In this document: positions 25,363 to 38,066 of the stretch, one piece after another
Position numbering within the stretch: position 1 is the first letter of the stretch
Layout: the number at the start of each line of letters is the position of its first letter
NCBI GenBank assembly: GCA_009103225.1
Contig: RHPI01001517.1
Coordinates: forward strand, 12,505-76,504
DNA length: 64,000 nt
Reading direction: 5' to 3'
Source: Chlorokybus atmophyticus
Lineage: Eukaryota; Plantae; Mesostigma and Chlorokybus algae
Notes under the pieces: generated by a model
What the model saw: the letters and a program-made list of their open reading frames with translations, nothing else
What the model was told of the DNA's origin: nothing
Database searches by the model: none
Translations under genes and position numbers: made by a program

Positions 25363-25526
25363 GAGGCAACGGGGCTAACGTTGCGGCTTGTGGTTCGGGG
25401 TCTGACTTCCGGGGTCGGTTGTGAGAATTGGAACCCGAATCAGAATCTGCCCAAAATACCAGTGCATCATGTGATGAAGCAAACCAAAACTTGCAGGGTG
25501 GGCACATCGAGCCCAGCCCCCCTTAT

Positions 25527-25656
25527 NNNNNNNNNNNNNNNNNNNNNNNNNNNNNNNNNNNNNNNNNNNNNNNNNNNNNNNNNNNNNNNNNNNNNNNNNN
25601 NNNNNNNNNNNNNNNNNNNNNNNNNNNNNNNNNNNNNNNNNNNNNNNNNNNNNNNN
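25527..25656. other. Assembly gap (130 N)
   Basis: N run flanked by short C tracts. Confidence 0.99.
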
Positions 25657-25726
25657 CCCCAATGAAAGGATGCAATTGCTTACTTGAATGCTTGCATGGT
25701 AGTCATTGCTAAGTTGCAAACCTATA

Positions 25727-25931
25727 TCTCATTGTTGGTACATGTCGCTCACTTACTTACTCATTCATAGTGCTCTCAATCCTTCAGCATAATAATCTCA
25801 TTGTTGGTACATGTCGCTCACTTACTTACTCATTCATAGTGCTCTTAATCATTCAGCATAATTAAGTCATTGTTGGTACATGTCGCTCACGCACTTACTC
25901 ATTCATAGTGCTCTCAATCCTTCAGTATAAT
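25727..25931. repeat. Three-copy 69-bp tandem repeat
   Basis: The unit tcattgttggtacatgtcgctcacttacttactcattcatagtgctctcaatccttcag recurs with starts near 25727, 25796 and 25865. Confidence 0.92.
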
Positions 25932-26925
25932 ACTCTTGTCAAAGGTGTTTGAGGCTTTTATGCCTGCCCATTTTTTGGGGTTATGTTTATAAAGGGAAGG
26001 GCATGACATGCGGGTAATACTACCAACCTCTTGTTTGTTAAGAGGTTCACATAAAGGATTGCGCTATAAGCATTAATAAATGTAGCTCGCTTGATTATTG
26101 CATAATCATATGTTGAAGGGAAACTTGTGTACGATAACAGGGTACACATATCTGGCAATGTGCCCCTTGAAATGTCCAGACCCATAGTCAATAAACGAGG
26201 GGCATTTACATTATAAAATAGCCTAGCCAGTGGTGCATAGTTGTCACAAAAGGTGCCGGTAAAATGGTTTTTCATTATTACCGATTAAACGACGGGGTTC
26301 GGTGCATTTATGTAAGGTATGTGTATAAAGCATCCCGCCGAACATTGCTGCAGTCCTTTTTATTATTAAGTTTATTATTATGATTAAGGATTATGCTAGA
26401 GCATTGCGGTTATGTAGAATTTGATGCAACTAAACACAATACATCAGCATATGTGTCAGCATCATGCTCAGGACATGACGCACGTGCAACCCCGCAATTT
26501 CTAACACAACGAATGTTGATGTGTTTCAGCATTGCACCGTGTCACACACAAATGGTGCGACAATGTTAGCCAACTATTGGTGCCTCCAATGCCAAAGACT
26601 CCTCACACACTAACAGTACGCACATGGCATGCCCCAATGTCATGCACCTTGTGGTGCACATGCGGTGACACACAAGACAGCAATCTGCTGCCCAATCAAC
26701 TACATTAGCGAGGATCTCTTGGCAATCAAACTAAATTAAGCATGACAACGCCGTATACAGCTCTCTATATTGTGCGTGTTGTGTAGCAACCACGTGTGAA
26801 GCGTGTCAGTGGCTTGGGGCAATTGCAACGACGCCAATCTCAACTCCATGAGCACCTGAACACACAGTGCACATCACATTTTATTTCTACATTCAACCTA
26901 CCATAGCCCCGACGCAATTTAATTA

Positions 26926-29109
26926 TCAATAAAGCTTTACTTTGTGAAGGCTACAATCGGCTGAACGCACAGCCTTTACAACACCAACCTGATCAGCATT
27001 GGTGAAGGTCTGTCCTGTTGTGTCGTTGTGTCGTCTCAGCAGGGCAAAGTCGAGCGTGTCTTGTAGAGTCTGCAGCTGCCTATGCAGCCGCGAAACAGCC
27101 TGCTCGTCTGCGTCGTTGCTTGGACACCTGCAAGTGTATATAAGCACGCCACCAAACCCAGGCTCACCTAAGTGTGCGCACACATGCGCAAGTGCACGAC
27201 CACCCATGCACACGCATACGCGCTCAAACATAAACAGCACTCACAATGCTTTCAGTGCGTGCGTCATAAAGCAAGCACCTGACCATATCGTGCAAGCGGG
27301 CAATGTGGGCATAAACACTCTTCAGTCTGACAAGGTCTTCCAGCGCTTCTTCATGGCTAACAGACGTTTGAAGACTGCTCAGCTGTGTACTCACAGCCCA
27401 CCTTTGCCACAAACCTCTGAAACGCATCGCTGGTGAAAACAGCAACATATCAACCACATGCGACATGTGTGGTTCGGTCCAAACAGACACACAAAAGAAC
27501 ACAAGTTTCGACAAAAGGTGTCTACTGACCAGCATGGCGGAGGCGTGCAGCGGTTAGATGCCATGCTGGCAGCATCATGCCAATGCCAACCGGATTCGTT
27601 GAGAGTGCAAGTACTCCATCGGCAGTCGCCAAAGCTGTTGCATGCACATGTATCACGTGTCCAGAACACACATACAGACAGGCACCTCGCACAAACGCAC
27701 GCACACACACGGGCACATGTATAGTTATGTCTTTGCACCTGCATATGCTGTGGGGCCTAAGATGGCGCCTGCTGCTGGGAACGCCCACGCCTGGTCACTC
27801 AGCGCAACACCATACCTGACAGCAAACAAGGTAACAACGACATTGACATGTAATCACTTGAATGCTGGCGTGTTATGTACGCGCGCGTGTGCATGCTTGT
27901 GCGTGTGCAAAGGTGCCCACGGATGTACTCGCTAACAAGCACACTGTGCAATAATGGGTTGAGTACATGCATGTGGCATACGAACAGCATGCTCGCTACC
28001 TTGCCCACGTGGCGAAGTGCTCGCAGTTGTTGGAGAACAAGCGGAAGCAAGACACTTTACGGACCTGACCAAAAACAGTTGGTTACATTACACCATGCAG
28101 TTGACAAGTCACCAGGTGACGGGGTAGCAGTATGCATACCTGTGCGAGGACTCGCTGCACAATGTCATGCGCAGGGAATGAGGTGAGGGCTGCGTCGTAT
28201 TGGCAGTTTCGAACTCGGACACGCTGATATCTGTACAATGTCAACTTGACATGGGTGAGACATTGTGATATGTGCAAGCATGCCCACATGCGCACGAGCA
28301 CGCACGCTGTGCACGCCCGCGCGCGCGTGCGCATGCACGCAAACATACACACATGCACGATGGCGCAAGACACACGCATATGCGCGTGTACAGACAAGCG
28401 CATGCACGCAAACCACACACAGACACTGCTTACTTGTCTTCTACACCAGAGAGCGGTTCAATATGTACCCGGCTGGTCTCTCTCCCAAGCAACAATGGCG
28501 AAGAAACCTACAACACACATGCCAACATCACCATGACCACCACTACCACCACCGCCAACACCACCCATGCAAGGTTTTTATCTCACCTTACTCCACATGC
28601 GCGGGCCGACAATGTGCCCAAGGTAATGCTCATCATGATGCAGTTGGGCACCAAACTGCGGTTGTGTTTGATGTGATGAGCTGGGGAAGTAGTCACTTGG
28701 CTGACAGGCGCTGCTGTCTGCGGCTGACCTAACCAGACCGCTGCTCGCTTGCAACACTGCCGCACATCAGCAGTGTTGGACTCTCATGCTGTTACTGTCA
28801 CAAGTCTCTCTTCACTGTGGATGTGTGCAGATTGTGTCATACAGTGCGACTTGTGTGACAATGTGTCATGATTGTTGCTAGGTGAGCTGACAATGCTAGC
28901 TGTGCAGTGAGTGTAGTGAGTAATTGCTTACACGCACTGACCGTGTTTGAAGAACTGAGTGGTGGCGTGGTGCCAAGCCAGGTAGCCTCCTGTTCCCATG
29001 TAGACGCCCCAGTGCGAGAAGGCGTAGTACTTGAACTCCAGCAGATCGCCTGGTACCCTCCTCATTGCGTGCGTTGGTGCGTATGCGTGCGCGTGTAAAT
29101 ATGTGGGTA

Positions 29110-29140
<31 letters not shown>

Positions 29141-29400
29141 GTGCCAGCGAGCGTGCAAGCGTGTGTAAGCAAAGAAGTGTGTATATAGCGTGCGCCAACG
29201 TGTGCCTGAGCAAGTAGCTGCACAGTAACAATCCAGGCCAGGCCAGGCCAGGCAAGAGGCGAGCTCAAGTCGCCGCCTGCAGGCGGCGGCGGCAACTGTT
29301 GACGACGTGCAGTGGCGCGGGGCATCTCTCTGTGTGTAGGCATCTTGCTGTAAGGAACTCCGGTTAGCGAAACTGCCTGACGACTCAAAACCTGCTGCAT
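26926..29400 (-). CDS. PLAAT/HRASLS-LRAT family (permuted NlpC/P60) phospholipase/acyltransferase-like protein, multi-exon; start approximate
   Basis: H-box exon PGDLLEFKYYAFSHWGVYMGTGGYLAWHH, then VRVRNCQYDAALTSFPAHDIVQRV, then catalytic exon FRLFSNNCEHFATWA|RYGVALSDQA, then a hydrophobic segment. Stop at 26926. Confidence 0.8.
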
Positions 29401-31014
29401 GCGTGGTTAAGGGACCGGGATCATGGGGCGGAAGATTCAAGTAGATTCCGCCACACTACAAGACAAGAGTCTGTCAGGTTTCACAACCTCCTCCAGTGTT
29501 CAAGGTTCAAGGGGACCACCGCATTGTAGACATTAGTGTACATTGTCTGCCTCCCTGCGCGTTGTAGTATTAGTTACTGCTGAATAGGTTAAAGGGCTTA
29601 TGATGCATTAACAAGCATACCACAACCCCTCATGATAGCGTCTTTTACTACCATGGCCTAGTAGGCTAAGCGCCGCGTTACACACATGTTTCATATTATG
29701 AACTACATGCATATAGTCATAATGCAATGTCGCTATTAAAAAGTTAATTAAATTTTGTTTACGTTTTGCAATGAGTTTAACAATTGGATTCATGTTGTGT
29801 AAGTTGGTTGCGAATATCCATGCAGTGCGCACATCTGTACATAAGTATAAGTGTTATTATAGATTTTTATAAAAATTAATGAGAGGGCTTTTTTCAACTA
29901 CTACTCAGGCGATTGTGCAATATAGTATTAATTTATTAAAAATATATGCAGCATGCATGCATTACGATTACCATCACCAATAGAACTTTGAACCCACCGC
30001 AGTGGTAATAAAGTCGATAACCTACTTGCATGCCTTATTGCTTATGAACTGTATTGCTTATCATACATTTTGTAAAAAAACATTCGATTACCTTGATATC
30101 AGTAAAATACCAAAAAGCATAAATTTTCCATGCGTAGATAACACACAACAAGGGCAAACTCAAAACCAAAGACAACATGCCTTTTGTATTTGTGCGAATC
30201 TAGCTCAGCGCCACGCGTAACCGATAACCTTCGCAACACTTATGAATCTTGGTCTCAACTTTCGGGCATTGCAGGTCATGTGCAACAGCAAGGATGGGCT
30301 CTTGTATTTCATTCTTTATACACAGCACAAAATTGGACATCATTCTGACGTGTACGGAAGTCATTACCACCATATACGCGTTGTGCAGTTTGCCATTACC
30401 ACCACCACCACCAACAACAACATGAAGGCAGTGTGGCACTAGTGCACCAGGGGTGGCTCAAAGACGAGCTTCGCGCGCGCAAAAACTCCCGCGGGACAAT
30501 TGCTTTGATTTTTGAGCTCGCTGCGTGCGCCGTGCTCAGTCGCTCGCCTTGAGCGTCGCTTTGAGCTCGCTCGTGGAAGCAGCTGCAACTCGTGGAGCAA
30601 GCGACGCCGGCGGCGGCGGCGCTGTCGTCTTTGTCGTTCGTAAGCAGGCCAGGCCAAGCCGTGTGCTCTTATCATGAGGGGTTTCGTAAGCGCCGCCTGA
30701 GAGCTGCTTGCAGCCGGAGTGGCTGCTGCGCCAGGGAAAGTAGGTGTTCAGTTGAGAGAGCGCATTGGTCTGCATACAGCAGCCATTGGGCGTGAAAGGT
30801 GAAAGGGCTGACTGCGTGTGGTGACCATCAAAGCCGTAGGGCTTGCAGCATTGAAAGCCCACGACGTAAGTATGCGGCAAACTTGATGGTGGCTGCCCGA
30901 ATCGGCCCAGCTTTGCGCTGGTTTTTTGGCTGCTTCGCTGCTTGCACTTGCAATGTGCATGCTTCGTGCTGGCAGACAACTGTTGGTTGACTGCTTCTAT
31001 GCCCTTCTTTCCTT

Positions 31015-34000
31015 GGCGTCCAGTGGTTGAGGATGGGGAAAGCCACACGGCCGAGCAGCTGGCAGGGAAATCCCATCAAGTCGACCAACAAGAAGGGCAC
31101 ACAGGTGAGAGCTCCTCGTTGACTACCCGACTGCGTGTCTAAAGTTGAAAGGCAGCTTGCTGATTGATGCTTTGATCGGAGCTGCTCTGATGGTGCTTGC
31201 ATGGCGGGGCTCACGTCTGCTAACGACTTGCTGCTGACGCACTGAACAACCGTCAAGCTCTAGTGCATTACATACTGCGTGTGTAAACGCTTGTGCGGGT
31301 TTGTGGCATTCGGCATTGTGTATAGTTGGTGATGTCTGTACGGGGGAGTCAGCTTCGGCACCTGGTTAAAACCATTGTTTGTGCCTGGTAATTGGTGCAA
31401 TCTGTGCGTGATCCAAGCCTCTACACAGAAATCGTGGAAGTGTTCGCACTCCAACCCTTTTGCGTCAATCCGCGAGCTGGTTGAGAATGCGCGCGACAAG
31501 CAAGTGAGTTGTGCAAGCATGAAAACTCGTGTGACAGGCTGTGGTCACCTTGTTGTGTTTGTTGAACCAACATCGGGCTGTTGCAGGGTGTCTAGAACAG
31601 CACTCTGTTGAAAGTTGATGCCAAAGCGGATGCAGATGGGGCCATCACCGATATGGAATTCCTGGACAATGGTTTTGGGATGAGCCCTGAACAGTTGCGA
31701 GACCTGGGAGACACAGATGGATGCTTGGCGTGGTTGTGTTCTAGACATGCTGAGTTTACTATTCGCACTGTGATGATTATGCGTGCGACATGCTGCTCCA
31801 TATCAAAGTTGTGGCAGAAGTATTTGCAGCTTGACCGTGACAATCGCTGTGTAGGCGCATGCGAGCAGTCTGACATAAACATGCATCCATACACACTTGC
31901 ACGCGCGCACATGCAAGAACTGCACACGCAAGCACACGTGCACATGCCAAAACTGCAGGCACAAAATGTCCCCCCCCCCCCCTTCCCCGCCGCACGGCAC
32001 ATACCCTGCGCACGCCCATGCATACGCATGCCCAGTCGCGCGAACACGCATACGCACAAGAGCGCGCACATGAGTACACACACTGGGCTTTCTTGCAGGG
32101 CATGCTACTGAGAGGCCGGGAAGGCTTGGCGAGTTTGGTGAGGGTTTCAATCTGGCCAGTGCCAGCCTGGCCGAGGATGTGTTTGTCTTTACAAAAAACA
32201 AGGATGCGATCACCCAATACTCTGTATTGCGGTTCGGATTCACCTTGAACCGACATGAAGACCCGGATGGCACTGGCGCACTAGTGTCTGCTTTGGTCTG
32301 CTTGGCACCCTCCAGTTGAGTACAAGAGTGTGTGGTTAATGCAAACCTCAACTCTGCATGTTTTCAACACATGTACAAGGCATGTGGCATTGATGTTGGG
32401 TGTTTGCAGAGAAACACAACGAGCTGCGAATCACAGACAGAACGTACTCGCTTTACAACAATAGCGCCTTCTTCAGTGACGAGTCTCCGTATGAGAACAC
32501 AGAAGACCTGGAAGGCGAATTTGACAAGATCCCCGAAACGGGCACGCTCATAGCTTCTCCACGTCCACTCCGACACTCAGCTGTTGGTCAGTGACAGCCA
32601 GTGTTATGCACGGCGTGACATCCAGTGTCACCCAACTAGTTTGATGTCCATGTTGCAGGCTGTTATATCAATCTGGACAGTTGCGTGCTTCTTTGGTGGC
32701 TGCAATGACAGAAAGATATCTTTTGATTGTGAGCTATGCAGAAGCTGTGTGTATGGCTGATGTGTTGTGCCTCGCAGTTGGAGGATGACCGCATCGTGTG
32801 CAACCGCCGAGAGCTCCGTCAGCACGAGGACAGCAAGGAGGAGTATCCCAAGGTGACATATCTTGCTTACAAGCTTCAAGCACATAAATGTCGATGGCCA
32901 CATTCATGAGCCATGTAGCACACACTTGCTGGAGTTGAGACAAGCACAGTGTTTTCACAAATGTGCAACAAACCAAATAGCAGAACTGACTGTCCTCCTG
33001 CAGGTGTATGATCTTGGCGTCTATTTGGCTCGTGCGCATCTGCCAAAGGTGAAGTAGTGGAGTCCTGATTCTTCAATGTTCATGTTTGTAACACTCAGCG
33101 GGTTCCAGTTGCTCCATCAACGTAAGCGTGGTCGCTAGCTGCGGGATTCTGCAGCCAGCATGCACATATTGTTATCAAGATGTCAACCATGCGTTCCAGT
33201 GTTGCTCCATGGTGTCTCCCTTTCGCTGCAACCCACAATGGTTGTATGCTGCAAATTGACGCATATCTGTGTGCAGGACAACGGCGTTCACAAGGAGGAA
33301 CGTAGCAAGGACGGGAAGTTGATGACTATTCTAATCAATGGGGTTGAGGTCGACCAAGAGTGCCATCCGTGGCGACAATTGGAGATAAGAATGTTGGTGC
33401 GTGCAACAAGCGACTAGCAGACCCTTGCATGCTGTGCAAGGGTCTGCTAGTCGCTTCGCACTGTGAACAATTGGTTGGCTCGTTTAATCTCCGTTCACAA
33501 CTTTGCAAGAACATGTGCAACGTTTCCGTTGTGCGTGCAGAAGCAGCCCGCACCCTTTTGGAAGATGTCTGAGCCCATAGAGTTCGAGTGGCCTTTGAGA
33601 AATAAAGAGGACACAAAAGGAAAAGCTGTCATGCGCCTAGCGTGGACATCACCATGGTGAGTATGCAGACAGTCGCATGCGGATTTACCACAGTAGTCAT
33701 GCAGACTGCAAGCCTCCTTGCGTGAAGACTTTATGCATTGTCTGAGCGTATGTTAAAGGAGCAAGGAACGGTCCACTCTCGAGTATGGCTTCCTTGTGCA
33801 CATTGGTGATCGAAGCTATCGTCCGGATCAGCTTGTTGTAACGACCCATGGAGATAGCGCCATCATCAGCTGGTAGATTGCGCACAGTGAAGTTCCCGCT
33901 CAGCATTCACCGCTGAGCGGTTGTTGTTGCAGATCAAGCGCTATCCGTGTTGTTCCAGAAGATATACACCCGCTCTGCCAACAGTCTGCATGGCCCGAAC

Positions 34001-35481
34001 GGGGTAAGCACACATGCCTATGTAATGCACGTGCTGCTGACAAGCTGAGATGAGATTGTGTGTCGAAGGCTGCACGCAGTGTTTCCTGACAGTGGATGGC
34101 CATGAATTTTGCAAGATTTGGGATGAAGTATGCTGCGGAGGCGACAGTGCTCGTGGCCCGCCCTGCCCCATCAGTGACAAGCACTGGAAAGCGCTGCCTT
34201 CGGGCCTGAAGTGGGACTTAGCGTTCAAGGTAAGGCCAACTCTTGGGCATGCTGCGAGGCATCTGCAGCACACGCCCGTAGGCATGAGTTGTTCATGAAG
34301 ACAGCCAGAGCGTCAAGTACACATCATGCCCCACACATGCGCACACACGCATGCAAGCACACACGTTGCGTATAGGTTGTCGTTGTCATTGAGGTGTAGT
34401 GCAACCTTGCCACCGACAGCGGCAGGGTCAGTTGTGCATGATGAGCACCCTTCTGCAGGGCCTGATGGGCATTGTGAGCGTGCCGCCCCATACTCTGCGG
34501 CCACATCACAGCAAAGAAGTTCTCAAAGACGGCGAGGGCGGGTATGCAAACTTCAAACTGGTACGCACCCAATAAGAGTGCAAGCAACCAAATTCTTGGC
34601 GCTATCTAAGCATGCCACCATCTGCGTGAAGTTGCTGTCAATGTCACGCTCAACAGTGTACCAACCAACAACTTGCAGGCTTTGGCACAAGCTGCGTATG
34701 CATGGACTGGCGCAAATCATCCTCCCGATCACCAAGCGCAACCGGCCTCAAACCCGGCCCCAGCACGTGCTGTGCCCCGCAAACGCAAGATTGTGTCGGA
34801 CGAGGACACGGATGGCAGCGACCGCGATCCAGACGCAGAGCAACCTGCAGCGGTGCCTTTGCCTCCCACACCTGAAGACGATTCCGGGACCACGATGCTG
34901 GATAGGGTGAAAAGGGCGAGGCGGTGCACTGTCCCTAAGATAAACACTGCTCCTGAATCTCCCAAGAAGCGGAAAACTGCCACGCCCAGCTCAACTGTAA
35001 GAGCATGCGAATACGCATAGCTGACATGTGTGCTTGTTGTGGTGGTGCACGCTTACTTAGAACCTTCCATGTGGTGTCTGTTGACTGGCCTTGCATCCTA
35101 GCAGTCCCATGTTGAAGTGCGCTTTCGTTGTCCTTGCACATGCATGTGAACCACCTTTGTGTGGCTTGTCCTCAGGCACCGAAGAAAGTGAGGCCAACAC
35201 TGAAGTTAGTTCAGCAGGAGTTAGCGGCCCTGCAGAAGAAGCAGGCTGCGGACAAGGCCAAGCTGCAGAAGCATGAGGCTTAGGCGGCCAAGCGGGCGCA
35301 GGCGGTGGATGAGATGAAGGTGGTCATCAGCGAGGGCGAGTCGCAGCTCAGCGAACTGCACAGACAGTTTGGGAACCAGCCTCAGCTGGCTGCCATCAAG
35401 GACATCCTTGACAGGTTGCGGGCAACTTCTGCGAGGCTGGGCGCCCCAACAACATTTACAAAGGTGACAATAATGAGATAG
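31015..35481 (+). pseudogene. MORC: MORC-family GHKL ATPase copy A (GHKL + S5 + linker + coiled coil), full-length but disabled
   Basis: Motifs SHSNPFASIRELVENARD, FLDNGFGMSPEQL, GRLGEFGEGFN, SPYENTEDLEGEFDKIPETGTLI, VYDLGVYLARAHLP, TILINGVEV, YGFLVHIGDR, GLMGIVSVPPHTLRPHHSKE, then a coiled coil. Lesions: TAG 31593-31595 (TGG in copy C), donor GT->AT at 31717-31718, apparent frameshift near 32550-32585, TAG 35281-35283. Confidence 0.85.
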
Positions 35482-37836
35482 CTAGTTAATGTCGGTAGCA
35501 CGTCTGTAGCACAGCCGCACCATGTGGCTTGCAAAGATTGCTGCCATATAGATAGTCCAGTTGTACAGCTTTTTCCACTGCACTCCGTCTAGGTAGGAAG
35601 TTAGTTAACTTGGGCATTCTAAAAGGAAGTGACTTGCAAGCTTCGCACCAATCGGCGTGACATCTACATACAATGCAGTCAGCGAGCATGCAATCAAAGT
35701 ACACACAATTTCAACTACGCTGCGTACATACATCACGTGCATATTCTGTACACATATCGCTGATGGTCATGCAGGCGGGGTGCAGCGTCTGGCACTAAAT
35801 AGGTGTTGAACACTTGTGCGATTTGTACTGACATCATCACACAGCCTCTACCCTGCCCATTCACCCTGCCTGCTTGCTTGCCTTGAGTCATAGCTGTGTT
35901 GTACAAAAGCTGCAAGGTGCAACTGACATGCAAATCTACGTGAACATGCCATGCCACAACCACATCACAACACTGACCAACGTGACCACCGGGCTAAGGC
36001 ATGCGCATGCTATCTACCCTGTCTTTGTAGGAGTCATGCACTCAGTTTTACCACAGTTTTGCACTCCTTTCAGAATCACAACACAGTACACAGCCACACA
36101 CATACTGCGACACGCACATGCGCACTTACTCCACACCGCCTACCATAGACAAAAAAGGTACATAAGCAGACACCATGGAACGTATTTGGTACACTGCTTC
36201 GTTGGGCGCTCGCTAACACTTGCAACACCACTCCGCGCACACAGTCACCGCACACAATGCCACACACAGCCAACTCAACTCACACAATCCTCCACTCCCC
36301 ATGTCACACACGCTGTCACACCACACATGAACACGTCGCTGCCACGGCCGCTCACCCCTGTTCAGCCACTTCAATGTCACCTTCTCGCACTTACATGCGT
36401 GCGCGCAAGTTGTAGAACTCCGGGTCCACCTCAACCCCGTTGACCAGTATTGTCATCTTCCCATCCTTACCACCTTCATCCTGGAGCACGTCGTTGTCCT
36501 GACTAACAAGCACACATGTCAGTTGCCGGCATGCGTTGTTTGGGAGTTGCAGCGATGAGGATGCCACCAAACAACATTAAAAAACATTCAAACTCGCGCA
36601 GCACTGTTGGCTATCTTTGCGCAGCAACTGACAGCAACCCAACATGATGCCGCTAGCAGCCAAGCAGTGCAAGTCTCCAAACTCACCTTTGGCAAGTTGG
36701 CATGAGCCAAGTAGACGCCAAGGTCAGACACCTGTAATCAGCGGTTGCTGTTCGTTCCTGGCAAGATCAATCAAACACATCGCACTTGTCTAACCAGCAA
36801 CTCTGAGCTATGCGACCTGAACTAGTTTATGTCGACCACATGGTGATCAACATATGCAGTTGTGCTGAAAGAATGACAAGCGACATGTGTCACCATGGGG
36901 TAGTCCTGTTTACTGTCCTCGTGCTTATACAGCTCTTTACGGTTGTACACAATGCGGTCGTCATTCAACTGCAATGCATGGCACAGTAAGTGCACTGCAG
37001 TACACACGTATATTGGTGAGTACCTCATTGCTTGGTCAGCACTCAAGTGTGTCCTGATTTCCGCCAGTTGCCAGCTGGCTTTCAGCATGCGGCATTGCAC
37101 GCGCTTGTGTGCATCAGGCATGACACTGACTGGCACTTACCGACAGCTGCATGTGCCGGTGCACGCGCAGGAGCCTTATGAGCGTACCCGTTCCGGAAAT
37201 GTTGTTGAACTCATCTTGCAAGTCTTCTATGCACTCGTATGGAGACTCGTCTTTGAAGAAAGCGCGGACGTTGAAAGGCGTACACGTGGCGTCAATGACT
37301 CCCAGCTCCTTGGTTTTCCCTGCAAACACCCAACCATGGCGCAACACGATACCCACATGAACTATTTGCTGCGTACGTGCACTTCATGTTAATGTCAGAC
37401 TACCGATACGGAAAGTGAAGGCATTGTTACTCAACTGGAGGGTGCCAAGCAGATCAAAGCTGACACAACCGCCCCCGTGTCATCCGGATCTTCATGGTTT
37501 TCAAGAATGCATCCCCGCCGAAGCACTGCGTACTGAGTGAAGGCATCTTCCTGGCCTTTGTACTTTGTGAAGATGAAACTGTCCCCTGCCAAAATGCCGC
37601 TGGCCAGCATGAAACCCTCTGTAAAAGTTGCCAAGCCTCCCTCCCGACCGATTGCTGACAGTCCCTGCAGAGCCAAGCACGCGATTGGTGTACGTGAGTG
37701 TGTGCGCTGCGCATGTACGTGCGTATGTGCCCGCATGCGTGTGTGCATACGGGTTGCTGCATGGCAGAGTGCGTTGGATTGTGCGTGCGCGCAGGTTCGG
37801 TGTTATGATAGACAAGAGGGGGGGGGGGGGGGACAG

Positions 37837-38066
37837 NNNNNNNNNNNNNNNNNNNNNNNNNNNNNNNNNNNNNNNNNNNNNNNNNNNNNNNNNNNNNNNN
37901 NNNNNNNNNNNNNNNNNNNNNNNNNNNNNNNNNNNNNNNNNNNNNNNNNNNNNNNNNNNNNNNNNNNNNNNNNNNNNNNNNNNNNNNNNNNNNNNNNNNN
38001 NNNNNNNNNNNNNNNNNNNNNNNNNNNNNNNNNNNNNNNNNNNNNNNNNNNNNNNNNNNNNNNNNN
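37837..38066. other. Assembly gap (230 N) in an intron of MORC copy B, flanked by G tracts
   Basis: N run. The homologous intron in copy A has a C12 tract at ~31970-31982. Confidence 0.99.

Noticed and set aside
25958-26275. AT-rich 105-aa ORF considered as a viral or organellar insertion
   Set aside because: No recognisable motif and no neighbouring intronless ORFs of similar composition.
31593-31595. In-frame TAG codons in MORC copy A (also 35281) read as evidence for a TAG=Gln genetic code or read-through
   Set aside because: The TAG at 31593 aligns with TGG (Trp) in copy C. Copy A also has a broken donor and a frameshift. Intact genes (BASS4-like, AFG1L) end at TAG where their families normally end.
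35486-35704. Minus-strand Cys-rich ORF ending 4 bp from the MORC A stop, considered as a CW zinc finger or last exon of copy B
   Set aside because: WCEACKSLP only loosely resembles the CW consensus, and I could not link it to copy B by homology or splice phase.
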